A DNA stretch of 64,000 bases from Azolla caroliniana. Taxonomy: Eukaryota > Plantae > Polypodiophyta. The notes under the pieces are model-generated. The model did not search any database. It was not told the origin of the DNA and worked only from the letters and a program-made list of their open reading frames with translations. This document shows, in pieces, positions 50,146 through 63,400 of this stretch; positions within the stretch are counted from its first letter, which is position 1; each line of letters starts with the position of its first letter. The translations under genes were made by a program, and so were the position numbers. The DNA is taken from assembly GCA_043228905.1 (NCBI GenBank), contig JBHGNT010000021.1:10912001-10976000 (forward strand), given 5' to 3'.

Positions 50146-53100
50146 TGTAAACGTAAGTGTTTGCGGAAGCGTAAAACAGAGAACAACACACATAGAGAGA
50201 GAGAGAGAGAGAGAGAGTGACAAAGAGAGCAGAACACAATTTCAAAATTATATCAAGACTCTGTTTTTACACACTATGCTATGTAGCACTATTTATACAA
50301 GTCCTCTTGGGACTGACAGAAGTACCATGTACTTCAATGCTCACACGAGCATCTAACACTTACTACGAGACTATAGCTACCTAGTAGTCTATCCTATACT
50401 AGGCTTCCGATTGGACTTCCGGTTACGGATTGCACCCGGCCTCCACTGCTTCCCGGTTCGGTTGCTCACCGTCATACCGATCCGTTTCGCCCGATCCATC
50501 TCGCTTACTGGCTCCGGCTTATTCAGCCGATCCGGCTCCGGTTGAGCTTGCCGCTCAACACTCCCCCTCAAGCTCAACCTGAGGTGGGGTCGTAGTGTAG
50601 ACCTCTGTGGCAGTCGGTTCTTCCAACCGACTTCTCCTGGCATCACTCCGCCTTGCTCGCGCTCCTCGTCCGGTCCGGTCCCGTTTGCCGCGACCCCTTT
50701 GGTTCTACGCGCCTCGACCCTCTCGGTCAGCATGTCTGCTCAATAGGCCCATCTCAGCACTCACGTTGTTGTGACTCTAGGGCTTGCCGATCCGTCGGTT
50801 CTCCCACGATGGCATCGACTTCCACTGTGTCCGTGTCCCCTTGGCCTTTAGTCGATCCGACTCATCCGGATCCATCTGTTGATCCGAGTCAGCTATCTCC
50901 GACTCGTTCCAGCTCTTGTCTGAATCGGTACACTCCGATTCGACTTCCGGCTTCAGGCCTCTTACCACATCGGACCACTTTCGAGTCTTGGCCTTCTCCA
51001 TGCTTCCCTCGGCTTCTTCAGCCGGTGAACCGAAATCGAATTCTTCATTCAACTCTGTATCATGGTCAGTACCGTCGTGATGACCTCCGCACAACATGCA
51101 CTTCTCTTCTTCATAGCTGCTTGCTCCGACCTGTTCGGATGTGTCGACTTCCTTCGTCGACTCGGCTTCCTTCATCTTCTTGTCTCCTCTTCTTCCGGCT
51201 CTCCTCTTACCGACGGGTTCAACAGTTTTTTGGCCTTTGCCCATTTCGATAGAGACTTTGCCCTTGCTTCTCCCCCTCCAGTGCAGCACGTCGAGATGTT
51301 GAATACCAAGCATGTCGGTAAAGTGCTGCAACTTGTCCGATCCGAGCGGCTTGGTGAAGATGTCAGCAACTTGCCGATCCGTATGAACATACCGTAGGTC
51401 AACTTCACCGCTCAGGACCCGCTCACGCACGAAGTGATAGTGTACCTCGATGTGCTTTGTGTGAGCATGGAACACAGGGTTCCTGGCGAGTTGCAGGCTG
51501 CTCATGTTATCGCAGTAAATCGGGATCGGGGTCGGTACCTCGATCCGCAAGTCTCGCAGCAGTCGCCGAAGCCAGATGGCTTCACAAGTGGCAACGGTAG
51601 CGGCCCGGTACTCAGCCTCAGTGCTTGACAAAGCCACTGTGGGTTGCTTCTTGCTGCTCCACGCAACGGCCGCGCTACCTATGGAGAACATGTATCCGGA
51701 AGTGGAGCGGCGATCAGATGCATCGCCGACCCAGTCAGCATCTATGTAACCGACAAGCTCTTCGGGTATACCTCGCCGGTATTAGTGCCGCTGACATACC
51801 GTAATATTCATTGCGCGCACTGAAGGTGCTCCACGGTCGGCTTCTGCATGAACTGACTTACCATCCCGACCGGATAGCTGATGTCGGGTCGGGTGATGGT
51901 TAAGTAGATCAGGCTTCCGACAACTTGTCGGAACCGTTTCTCATTGCAGGCCAGTCCGGAGTTGGGACGGAGCTTCTGGTTCCGGTCCAGGGGTGTGGAG
52001 ATAGGTTGGCAATCCGTCATGCCGAACTTATACAGCATATTCAACACGTAATGTCGTTGTGAGAGCAATATGCCGTCGGGGGTCCGGATCACTTCGATCC
52101 CAAGAAAATAATGAAGGTCCCCGAGGTCCTTCATTTCGAATGTGTCCGACAACTGGGACTTGACGCGGTTGATTTCGGGAAGACCCGGTCCGGTGATGAC
52201 TAAATCATCCACATACAAGAGTATACATATCGGACCGTCAGAGCCTTGCCGGATGAACAACGAAGAGTCCGACTTAGAGACAGCAAACCCCAGCTTACAC
52301 AACCGGTGCGTGATCTTCGCGTTCCAAGCTCGGGGGGCTTGATTCAAGCCGTAAAGCGACTTCTTCAGTCGGCATACCGCCGACTTGTTCATCTCCGATT
52401 GAAATCCGGGGGGCTGAGTCATAAAGACTTCTTCTTCAAGCTCTCCTTGAAGGAAGGCGTTCTTCACATCCATCTGGTGAAGATGCCACCCCCTTGCTGC
52501 AGCAACCGCCAGTACCACACGAACCATCGTCATCTTCGCCACAGGAGTGAAGGTCTCGTCGTAGTCGATTCCGTGGGTCTGCGCATATCCCTTCGCAACT
52601 AACCGGGCTTTGTACCGGTTCACAGAACCGTCGGCATTGTACTTGACCTTGTACACCCACTTGCATCCGATCGGTTTACAGTGACGGGGAGGATCAACTA
52701 GGTCCCAAGTTTCGTTGGCATCGAGTGCCCGCATTTCTTCGTCCATAACGGCACGCCAATTTGCGTCCTTTGCCGCTTCTGCGTAGCTCTCCGGCTCACG
52801 CACTTCTGTCACCTTAGTCATGTACGCATAATGATGCACCATGTATTCATTGTCCCTGTACCGTATGACGGGATCCTTCTGACGGGTTGATCGGCACAAC
52901 GCACCGTCACCTGATTTGAGTCCCTTCTTGGCCAGTTCGGTCTTCGTTGCCGAAGATCCGCCTTTTTCTTTTCCGGAGTCGGATACGCACCGATCCGACT
53001 CATCGTTGCCGGTTTCGAATTCCGGCATCTTACTCTTCCCCTTCTCTTTGCGCGTGAACCGTTTCCTCGGTTCCTTGCGCGGGGAGAGCACGGCAGAGTC

Positions 53101-55705
53101 TCCACCACTTGCCGTCTCTTCATCCGACTGGTCCAACCGACTCAGTCGCTCGTTCGGTCCACTCAACCGTAACGATTCCGGACTCTCATCTTGAGTCTCG
53201 GCTTCATCATCCTCTACCAGGGCTGATTCAGGCTCACTGACCTGATCTTCCGGCATTGGGTCGAGATCGGAAGTCGGAGTCGGCACGGAGTACCAGGATG
53301 TCGATTCGTCGAACTCGACATCCTGCCTAACTCGGACTTCCTTCGTCCGGGGGTTATAGCACTTATACCCCTTTTGCTCTTGAGCATAGCCGACTAGGAT
53401 GCATTTTTCCGATTTTGCATCCAGCTTTCTTCGCTTCTGATCCGGCACATGCACATACGCTATGCTGCCGAATATCCGAAGGTGTCTTAAGTTCGGCTTG
53501 CGCCCGAAATACAGCTCATGAGCTGACACCTTGTCACCAATGCGGTTTTGTATGTAGACGGCCGTCCGGACCGCCTCCGCCCAGTAGAACCGGGGCATGC
53601 TCTTCTCCTCCAGCATTGCCCTTGCCGCTTCGACAAGTGTCCGGTTCTTCCTTTCGGCCACACCGTTTTGCTCCGGTGTGTATCTACAGTTGAACTCTCG
53701 CCGAATTCCCTTCTGCTGCAGATAACTAGTGAATTGGCCGAAAAAATATTCCTTTCCGCCATCCGACCGAAGGCATTTGATCTTCCTCTCCGATTCTCGT
53801 TCCACCATCTTCTGGAGGCTCCGGAAACAGTCGAAGACTTCGCTCTTCCGCTCAATGAGGTAGATCCAAGTATGTCGAGTATAGTCGTCGATGAAGGAGA
53901 CGAAGTATTGGCTCCCGCCAAGGCTTACACTTTGTGCCGGTCCCCACACATCCGAATGGATGAGATCGAGCTTGTTACGGCTCAGGTTCCGTTCGGTAGG
54001 GAATGGAAGCCGGTGTTGCTTCCCAAGTTGGCAGGCTTCACAAATTTCGGCTCTCCGGCCGCTGAACTTCGGCAAACCGAAAACGACTTGTTTCGTTTGC
54101 AGGTCTTGAAGCCTCCGGTAGTTGACGTGGCCTATCCGCTTGTGCCACAGGTCGATGTCGAACTCGACCTTTTGTCATTTCGCGAATAGAGCGGTGCCAA
54201 AGTCATTGGTGTTGAGGATAAACATCCTCCCGTCTCTGCGCCCTTGCGCAATGACTTCGCCCTCATCCTCAATGAAGCACCCGAGGTGCGTAAACCGCAC
54301 CTGCATCCCCTGGTCGACAATCTGACCGACGGACACCAGGTTCTTCGTGATTGTCGGAATGTGTAATACGTTCATCAACTTCCCTTTCTGTCCGACGTGG
54401 CTTAGAGCGACTTCTCCGACGTGCACGATTGGGTGAGGAGTGTCGTCTCCAGTTTCGACAACTCCTGGTTGATCCGGTTTCTCCAGAAAGGAGAACCACT
54501 CTTTGTGGCTCGTCATGTGGTTCGACGCGCCGGAATCAACATACCACACTTCCTCCGTTTTGGAAGTGGTCTTCCTCATTGAGTTTGCCTTGTGATTCAT
54601 CACCAAGGCTGGTCCCTTACCGGCCTTTCCGGTTCCGGATCCTCCTGATTCGTTTGCGTAGTGCGAGTTTTGCCGGCCATCCATACCGGTCTTGCCGGAT
54701 CCGGATTTGTCCGAATCGGCACGCTTTCTCTAGCACTCGCTTTCCCTGTGGCCTTTTTTGCTACAATACCAGCATTCCGTAGCGGATTTGTCTTGCCGGC
54801 CTCCGGCACCACCTTGACTCCCCCTGCTTGTGGAAGTCCCGAAACTGCTGTCGGCACGCTCATGGTGCCTTCGTTCCTGCTCTTGCCGACCACCTCCATT
54901 GCGTGCCGACCCACCTCTTCCACCACGCCCACGGAACAGATCCGTTCCCGTGTACAGCATTCGGCTGTCTGGGGATGCACTGGTAGATGCACCGGCGTGG
55001 TTCTCCTCTACAAGGAGCATCGACTGTAAGTCGAAGAATGAGGGGGTATTCTCCCTTGTACACACCGCAGTCCGGAACGCTCCGAACTTGGACGCCAGGC
55101 CTCCGAGACATACTTGCACCATCTCGTCTTCCTCTACGGTAACATTGATAGAGGCGAGCGAGTAACAAATCTCCTTTATCCGGCCCGTGCAGTCTACCAC
55201 GGACATGTTCTTCTGTCGAACATTGCTCAACTCCTGTCTGAGTTGCAGCTTCCGGGCAGTGGTGCTTGCGGCGAAAACCTTTTTCAGGTTCCCCCAAGCA
55301 TCCTTCGGTGTCTTGGCGTCATGGATGTGGCTGAGCAGCTGATCGCCGACACTGGACGCGAAGCAGTACATCACCCTACTTGCCGCCTGTTCCCATACCG
55401 GGAAGTCCTTGTGTGCTGAGTCGGGCGCCGCATCATTCACTCCTTCGACATAACTCCAGTACCCGTGTCCAAGCAGGTACTGGTGCATCTTGTAAGACTA
55501 GGATGCGTAGTTGCTCCTGTCGAGCTTCTCCACCGGGAGCGACGTAGCCATGCCTCTATCCATGTGTTCTACTGTGTCTGTTTTTGACCTGTTAGGGTTT
55601 TCTTCTCAAGAGTAAATGTCTGCAGCAGAGGTTCTCAACCCTCGCGCTCTGATACCATGTAAACGTAAGTGTTTGCGGCAGCGTAAAACAGAGAACAACA
55701 CACAC

Positions 55706-55774
<69 letters not shown>

Positions 55775-56114
55775 CAGAGAGAGTAGAACACAATTTCAAA
55801 ATTATATCAAGACTCTGTTTTTACACACTATGCTAAGTAGCACTATTTATACAAGTCCTCTTGGGACTGACAGAAGTACCATGTACTTCAATGCTCACAC
55901 GATCATCTAACACTTACTACGAGACTATAGCTACCTAGTAGTCTATCCTATACTAGGCTTCCGATTGGACTTCCGGTTACGGATTGCACCCGGCCTCCAC
56001 TGCTTGCCGGTTCAGTTGCTCACCGTCATACCGATCCGTTTCGCCCGATCCATCTCGCTTACCGGCTCCGGCTTATTCAGCTGATCCGGCTCCGGTTGAG
56101 CTTGCTGCTCAACA
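50146..56114 (-). mobile_element. Full-length Ty1/copia element (copia-3), coding region inactivated
   Basis: LTRs 50146-50560 (415 bp) and 55658-56114 (457 bp); TSD ACGGT at 50141-50145 and 56115-56119; PBS TGGTATCAGAGC at 55646-55657; PPT at 50561-50572. Confidence 0.97.
50777..55563 (-). pseudogene. copia-3 Gag-Pol with several stops and frameshifts and an extended RNase H C-terminus
   Basis: CWYCSKKGHRESEC, YVDSGASNH, HSDVWG, RSDGGKEY, QMDVKNAFLQG, YVDDL, WSSKKQ...STEAEY, KHIEVHYHFVRE. Confidence 0.93.
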
Positions 56115-56149
56115 ACGGTTTTGTTTGCAAACCCCGATTTCTAAATATT

Positions 56150-56450
56150 GGTTTTCATACCCACATCACACTCGGGTCATTGGTTGCTTTGGACAAAGAT
56201 GCAACACTATCCAACTGGTGTGGATGCTAGAAGGTGACTAACTAGCCAGTTTTCTGCAATCCACTTAATAATGAGGTGATTGGCAATATGTACTGCATCG
56301 ACCGACCATTGCATCATAACATAGGGTTGACATCACGTCTTGCACATCCCAATGGGTGGGACTATGGCTATTACATGATGCAGTCAATTCAAATGCTAGC
56401 TGAGGAGTTCATTCAAGGATTTAGATCTCATGATTTTGTTAGTATGGCAC
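56150..56450 (+). pseudogene. Possible decayed Ulp1-like (C48) protease fragment, typical of DNA-transposon cargo
   Basis: PNGWDYGYYMMQSI resembles Q.NG.DCG.(Y/F)VM; several stops; weak. Confidence 0.35.
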
Positions 56451-57099
56451 AAATTTGGATTTAAACATTGTTTCTTAGAAGTATTTCGGTTTTTATAAGT
56501 ATTATGGTACTAGGTACAGAGAATTGGTTCGAACATAAAGAGGTCTCACTCCTTCGGATAACTATGATGAAATAGGCACAAATGGTTGGGCCTTCTACTA
56601 TCATAAATTGCCTTATATTGTATATTATGGTTTTTGTAATATAGATTTGTATATTTGGTGTATTATCATTTTTGTAAGTATGAAGCTTGGTTGCAACAGA
56701 GACCATATTCAAACATTCGACACAGAGACAATTAGAAAACTTACGACACGGTGTAGTCGACACAACATATATTCTAACTACTAAACTTATATTACTCAAA
56801 ATAGACTGATGATGTTACATTGCTCTCAGTCCCTTTTAATAGGTGATCTAAGAGTCCCTTTACCAAGATTACAGTTGCCTTATTTGGCAAGAACTACAAC
56901 AACATTGTCCTAACTAACCTACTGTATTTTATACTTGGCAAAATATTAATTTCTGTCCTTTTCATATTCTGATTCCGTCTTTGTCCTTCTGCTTTTCGGA
57001 CTCCTGTTCACATTGTCGAATCCAATTATTGTCGACTCTGACTCCAACTCTCTTTTACACTTGTCCGACTCCGACCATTCCACTCTGGGTAGCTGACTA

Positions 57100-57290
57100 G
57101 CTCACGAAGACAGAGTGGTTGGCTTGCATCTCGAGGAAGTCATGATCTACCATGAAGGACTCAAATTTCTAGTACCAATGCCTGGGTGCTTGCTTCAGCC
57201 CGTACAAGCTTTTCTTCAACCGGCATACCAAGTTTTCCTTTCCTTTCTCCACGAACCATTCCGGTTGCTGCATGTAGATTTCTTCAATTG
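57100..57290 (-). pseudogene. Isolated copia RT fragment
   Basis: Minus strand reads [37 protein letters not shown]. Confidence 0.85.
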
Positions 57291-57430
57291 GGAAACAGGT
57301 CTATCCGGATGGGAAGGAGAATGCAAGCCGGAGAGAAGAGAAAGCCGAATTGGTCAACAAAGACCTAGCCAATTCGGTCGAGGCCAAAAATCATGTAATA
57401 ATCGGTTAGGCTAATAGCCAAATCGGTCGA

Positions 57431-58659
57431 TGTTACCGGCCTAAGGTAACACGGTGTCAGATACTCGTTCCTTCAGTATCTAACTCAAGGTCTTGTGGTC
57501 GGGGAATGGTAGTATCGGAGAGTCGTTTAGTGAAATCGGACCACGCTTATTTCCTACATGAATCGAACTACTATGATTGTGGAGACTGAAACCCGAGCCG
57601 GCTATAACCGACCAGTAATGCACACAATACAGAGAGTACTTAAGGATGCTCAACACAGATAAAACTTCGACACAGAACACGGACTATTTGATTTCTATTT
57701 ATCAACCACCACTCAATACAATACTATTTGATTACCCTTTACATTCTTTCCATGTCCTTTTTATAGGGATCATGGGCGGTTATGTTTTCAATGTGAACCA
57801 CTACTACTACTAATAACTAGGTGACGTTTTAAGTCTATTCTCTTTACTTCTCGTTTGGCCCCACCCATCTTTTGTTCGGCCCGTAACCATTCCTTGGCCT
57901 TTTCACACTCAGGTTGTTTGAACTAGCCAACACATGGCATGCCCATGGGACAATGCCTGCATGGTCAAACCCCATGGGCCGTTTTAGGCTTCGTCAAAAA
58001 TATGCAAAAGTTTCAGCTCATTCGGAGCTTATTCGTTTGTGCCGAAGGTGGGGGCATCTGGTGAGGTTGGGGTCGGTCTTGTCGGCTACATCATTGATGT
58101 CGTTTTCCCGGCTGGTTCTTTATTCCTTTCGTTGTCTTGTGGGGTCTCCTAAGGTAATGACTGGGATGCGTTGTTCTGCTGAGCTTGTTGCATGGTGGCT
58201 GTGGAAGGATCGTCAGTTGGCTGCCCATCGGCCCTTTCGGTGTTCTTGGGAGGCATGGGGGTTACGTTGTCTGCCCCATCCGGGGAATGCCTGCTTGATT
58301 CATTTTCAGGGAGTTGAAAAGTGTCTGACTCCTTGCCTGCCGCCTTGCCTTCTCTTTCTCCGTCTGCATCTGTTCCGCCTCATATGCCTCCAATTCTAGC
58401 ACGAATTGCGTCTCCGAACTCCTCTAGTAGCTGTGCTATTTCTGCGGAGTGGCGTTCAGCAAGTGTCTAGTAGTCATTCGCAAACTCTTCCTGAATGGTT
58501 GTGACACTCTCCTCATCAAGCTTGTAGAATCCTCGATCGTCTATTTTCTTGGTTTGCCCTTAGAATGTGAAGTTCTGTTGCTTGCACGAACCAGACCTCC
58601 CATCCATTTTTCACCTTATCGGCAATCATTTTTATGGCCAACTCCTTCCGATTAGTAAG
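57431..58659 (-). mobile_element. 3' end of a second accessory-ORF LTR element: ORF remnant (about 57950-58655) plus LTR-like sequence (57431 to about 57826)
   Basis: Peptide ELHILR...RGFYKLDEESV...DY.TLAERHSAEIAQLLEEF is homologous to 2480-2690; TATAAAA on the minus strand near 57760; terminus GGTAACA; inner LTR boundary uncertain. Confidence 0.65.
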
Positions 58660-60470
58660 TGTAAAAAGAACAACGTGCGGAAGCAACAGAAAATTGAACG
58701 TAGGAAAAAAGCACAGGTTTAATGGAAAGGTTGGACACACACAGTACGCGGGAGTGACAGAGAGAGAGGGAGGGAGAGAGAGACAATGCACACAATTCTC
58801 TTCAAAATAATAATACTCAATCTGTACATAGGATGTGCTCAGTGACACGTACTTCAATGCTCATAAATGAGCTCTACACTAACTCCCAAAATATATTCCT
58901 ACGCGGAATATCTTTCCAACGGCCTCGCGGTTTACGCACCGCTACAGCTTCTTGTTGCGCACCGGTTTACACACCGGTCCGGCCTAACCGATCGGTCCCA
59001 ACCGATCCGGTTCTCGGCTTGCATAGCTAATCCGGCCAATGTTGAGCTTGTATCTCAACACTCCCCCCTCAAGCTAAACTTGAGGCTCTTCTAGTTTCTT
59101 CTGGCTTCACGCCTCGCTCGCGCTCCTCGTCCTGGTCGATTCCGCGTGCCTCGACCCTTCTGGTCAGCGTGTGTGCTCATGCGGCCCTTCTCAACTCCCT
59201 TGCTGTCGCGGTGTTGGTGCCTCTTCGGCTGCCCTTTATTCCGCTTGGCCCTTGGTTGATTCAGCGTCTCCGAATCAAACATCCGAACCGAATCAGCTTC
59301 CTCCGATCGGTTTTTTGCTCTCGTCCGAGTTGGTTTCATCTCCCCCATGCTTGGCTGGCTTCGCCTCTTTCTTTCAGCAGCTTCCCTCACGTTCGCTTTC
59401 AGACTCTTTCGCTGATCCGTCCTGGGCTTCTTCAATCAACCCAAAATCGAATTCGTCATCCGACTTGGCGTCACGGTCTCTTCCACTCCTTTCCTGCTCT
59501 CTTTCGTGGTCTTTCGGGACTTCTCTCCCCCTCAAGTTCGGCACATCGAGGTGTCGCAACCCAAGCGCACCCGAGAATTGCCGCAACTTGTCGAGACCAA
59601 GGGGCTTGGTGAAAATGTCGGCGGTCTGCCGATCCGTCGGAACATACTGAAGTTTGACTTCACCAGAGAGGATACGCTTGCGGGTAAAGTGGTAGTGCAC
59701 CTCAATGTGCTTAGTCCGGGCGTGGAAGACAGGGTTCTTCTCTAACTGGATGTTGCTGAGGTTGTCGCAGTAGATCGTCGTCGGATCGGACACCTCCACC
59801 TGCAGATCCTTAAGTAGCCGTTGTCGCGTTGTTACGCGCGTGCGTGTGAAACGGGCGGGACCACGGGGGTCTTGGACTAAGGAGTAGAGGAGAAAGAATA
59901 AGACACAAAATGGAAACTTAGCTCAAGAGGAGGTGAGAAAGAATAAGACAATAACATAGAATAGATGGGGCAAGATGCTCAACAAGTTAGCTTAAGGAAA
60001 CATAAATGCTTTACAATGGTGGCCACCATGGCCGCACCAACGACTATGAGAAAAACCCTAAAGGAAAACCCAAGAAGAAAACCCTAACCAAAACCCTAAA
60101 ACTGAATAGGAAACCCTCGACCTAAGTGGTATGCCTCTCTCCCTCAAAATAGGCAACAACCTCATAAGTGACCCCTCCCTTCCTTTTATTGCCCAAGGAG
60201 GGAGGGACCTTACAATGTGGGATAAAATTCCCCTCTTCTTTCTACACACCATTTCCTAGTATACACGTGCACATGTTGCACAGCACCGATTTGCCCATTC
60301 CACCCAGGTTTCACACTATAGCTGGAAATCTTCACGACACCGTTTCAGCCAAATGGCTTCGCATGTGGCGATAGCCGCTCCTCTATACTCGGCTTCGGTG
60401 CTCGACAGTGCAACTGTCGACCGCTTCTTGCTACTCCACGCAATTGCGACGCTCCCAAGACAGAACGTTC
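58660..60470 (-). mobile_element. Partial Ty1/copia element (copia-4), related to copia-3: 3' LTR 58660-59060, PPT, RNase H with extension
   Basis: TGTAAA...CTCAACA LTR; PPT 59061-59073; RH motifs AIAWSSKK, STEAEY, KHIEVHYHF; split by a solo LTR at 59822-60339. Confidence 0.88.
59822..60339 (-). mobile_element. Solo LTR (TGTCG...ACGACA type) inserted in copia-4 RNase H
   Basis: Perfect 4-bp TSD CCGT at 59818-59821 and 60340-60343; removal restores AIWLKR-LLKDLQ. Confidence 0.92.
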
Positions 60471-60473
60471 TCA

Positions 60474-63400
60474 CGTCGTTATGCGTATAGAATGAAGCGG
60501 GACCACGGGGGTCTTGGAGCGGGGAATAACCGATCAGGAGTAGGAGCAAGAAAGACAACGGTCGTGCTTCCACACACACACACACAGATACACAGAAACC
60601 GCAACCGAATGAAACAACGGAAACGAGATGAATGCGTATATGTATATATATATTCTGATGAAAAAGGGGTTACAACCAACAGGCCGGTGAGTGACAAATC
60701 TCCTACGCCTATGCACACGCACATAGAAGAGCGAGATGGAGACTCTACCGGAAGCACTCGGGCGTTCCGCAGAGGAGAGTCAACCTCCCGAAAACCTGCA
60801 CAAAGCAAAATACAAAGAAGACGGAGAAGAGCTCAGTCGTTGTCGAGGCTGTTGTCATATATCAGAACCCAGTAGCCTTCCTCAATTTTCTTCGACCTTA
60901 GTCGGTGGGTCCGGTCGAATCGTCCCTTGTTCTTTACCCTCGTGGCTTGTAGCTTTTCCGCGGCTTGTCCCACATCCTCTGGTCTTCACTCGAGTTGTCG
61001 GATCCACACTGCTAACAGCTCCTCCCGGCTCATCTTGTCTCTCCAATCCACCGTGGCCCATGAGGAGATCGTTCGCTCTATTGGCATAACCGGCTTCTGC
61101 CCGTACATCAGCTCCGCCGGCATGAACCTGGTTACCGAACTATGCGTAGTTCGGTCGGACCACAACGCATAGGGTAAGAGTCGTGGCCAGTTTCTGACTT
61201 GCATGCACTAACGCTTTGACGATCGGCCCGTGTCCACGTTCCACCTTCCCGTTCGCCTCCGGATTGTACGTCGTGGTGAGCGAGAGTTTAACCCCTAGCC
61301 GGTGAAACAACTCTTCAGCCTCTTGTCCGTCCAGTTCTCTGCGGTCGGCTACGATCTTTCCAATGCACTCGTACCAGCATACCACTTCTTCGATCAGAAA
61401 TTAGCACACGGCCGCGGTCGTTTTGTTCGGCAACGCTCAACCTTCCACATGGTTCATCAGGTCCTCTCGAGCCAGCACCAAATATCGCATTTGCCCTACC
61501 CCCATCGACATCGTCACCAGATCTACCATCCACTTGAAGTGGACGGTTGGAGGGTAGGTCGGGTGGAGCTCTTCCCGATGTCGGACTCTGGAGTGCATCT
61601 AATAGCAGTTCCACCTGTTCCTCTTTCTTCGCCACAACCCAGAGCGGGATGCCATTTCTCTTCTTTGGGTGCTTCCATATGCACCCATCCCGTAGGAAGA
61701 ATCGGTACGCTTTCTTCCAAATCCAGTTGGTCTCTTCCGAATCCACGCCATGTCCGGTGTCATTGTCTTCAGGAACTCGCCGATCTGGAGCCACTCCCCG
61801 TCGTACTTGCTCTCATCGAACTCGTTAAGCGCTGGAGTGTTCCCCTTCCTTGTTATTACATAAGCCGTCTCGAAGAAGTCCATGCCAACTTCTTCTTCCT
61901 CCGAAACCATGCCGTCCTCATCATCGAATCTCGCCCTCGAAAGCATGTCGGCCATGGCGTTGTCCTTTTTGGAAATGTGTTGTATTTCCGGATTCAAGGA
62001 CTTGATGTACGCTATCCACTTGAGCATTGCGAATCCGGCATCGCGCATTCGGAAACCATACCGAGAATCGGCAGGCAGTTCGTCTCAATTACCACCTTCG
62101 TCCCGATCAGGTAGTCTTTGTTGGCCTTGACCGCCGAAATGATACCCCAGAGTTCACATTTAACCTAGGCGTACCCTCGCTATCGTTCACTAAGGACTTT
62201 GGCGCCGAACCAGATGGGGAACCTCGTGCCATTCTCATCCTCCTGGTTGATCACCCATCCGATTCCGGTCGGACTCATGTCTACGGTCACGTAAATCGGA
62301 ATGTCTTTACCATAGACCGCTTTCCGGAGTGCCGGCGCCGCAGCAAGTGCTTCTTTCATTTTCTGGACTGACTCCGTATGCTCCTCTCTCCACTCGAATT
62401 TATGCCCTTTCTTCAGTAATCCATAGAGTGGCTCCGCGACGTGGGCATAATGCGGGATCCAGATATGGTAGAACGCGCATGCTCCCAAGAATCTTCGGAC
62501 TTCCGTGACCGAATTGCGGTCATGCTTTATCGCGAAGATGGCCTCTACCTTGGCCGGTGACGGTTTCCGACCGAATGGCCCGCATAGGTGTCCGACGACC
62601 ATGATCTCCGATTGCCCGAAGGCTGAATTTTCCCCGCAGAAGGTGAGCCGCGCACCCTCTAGTCTTTGCAGCACCTTCTTGCAGTCATCGACGTGGTCCG
62701 CCACGAATTTTCGGCATCCGTCCGGTCCGATTGTCTCATCCTTATCCTCCACCGGGCATCCTTTGATCGGGATGTCGTCTAAAAATGGCATGGTGATGTC
62801 CAGGATACAATCCCTTAGCACTTTGTTCATTGCGTTCACCATGTGGGCTACTGAGTTTGTCCCTCGCGGAACGGTACACATCCGTACTAGGCCGAGAGGA
62901 GTTCGCATCGTCGTAATGTCCCTGCTCTCCACGGCTAGCTGGAACTGATCGTACCCCGAGTACAGATCACCGACCGAGTAAATTGACCTTCTGGGGAAGG
63001 CCTCCACGAACTCGTCTATGGTCGGTCCGATTCCTGCGTTTTGAATGGTCACCTTGTTGACCGGTTGCAGGTCCTGAATGAAGCGCAACGTGCCGTTCTT
63101 CTTGGGCACAGTAAACCACCGATTAGAATACGGGGCACTCGACGGTTCCAGGATGCCCATATCCACCTTCTATTTTAGCAGTTCTATCAGCTTCAGGATG
63201 TGGGCTCTGGGTATTGGAATCTGTTTGAGATTCCACGATACATGTGGTACCGTGAAAATCACCATCGATTCCACAATCGTTGGGTCTACGCACCCGATCT
63301 CCTCTGGCGAGAATGCGAAGGCCTTTCCGTGCCTCCCGAGCATTCTCCGAAACTGGTCCTCCTCCACCGGCAATAGAAAGCCACCCCCAGCTCTTGTAGC

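Noticed and set aside
60470-60480. A fifth target site for the CpG-preference tally
   Set aside because: The LTR tip is altered (CGTCGT), the flank reads CTCA (not NCGN) and the other end is absent, so no TSD can be defined. If this is a true insertion junction it would count against the pattern.
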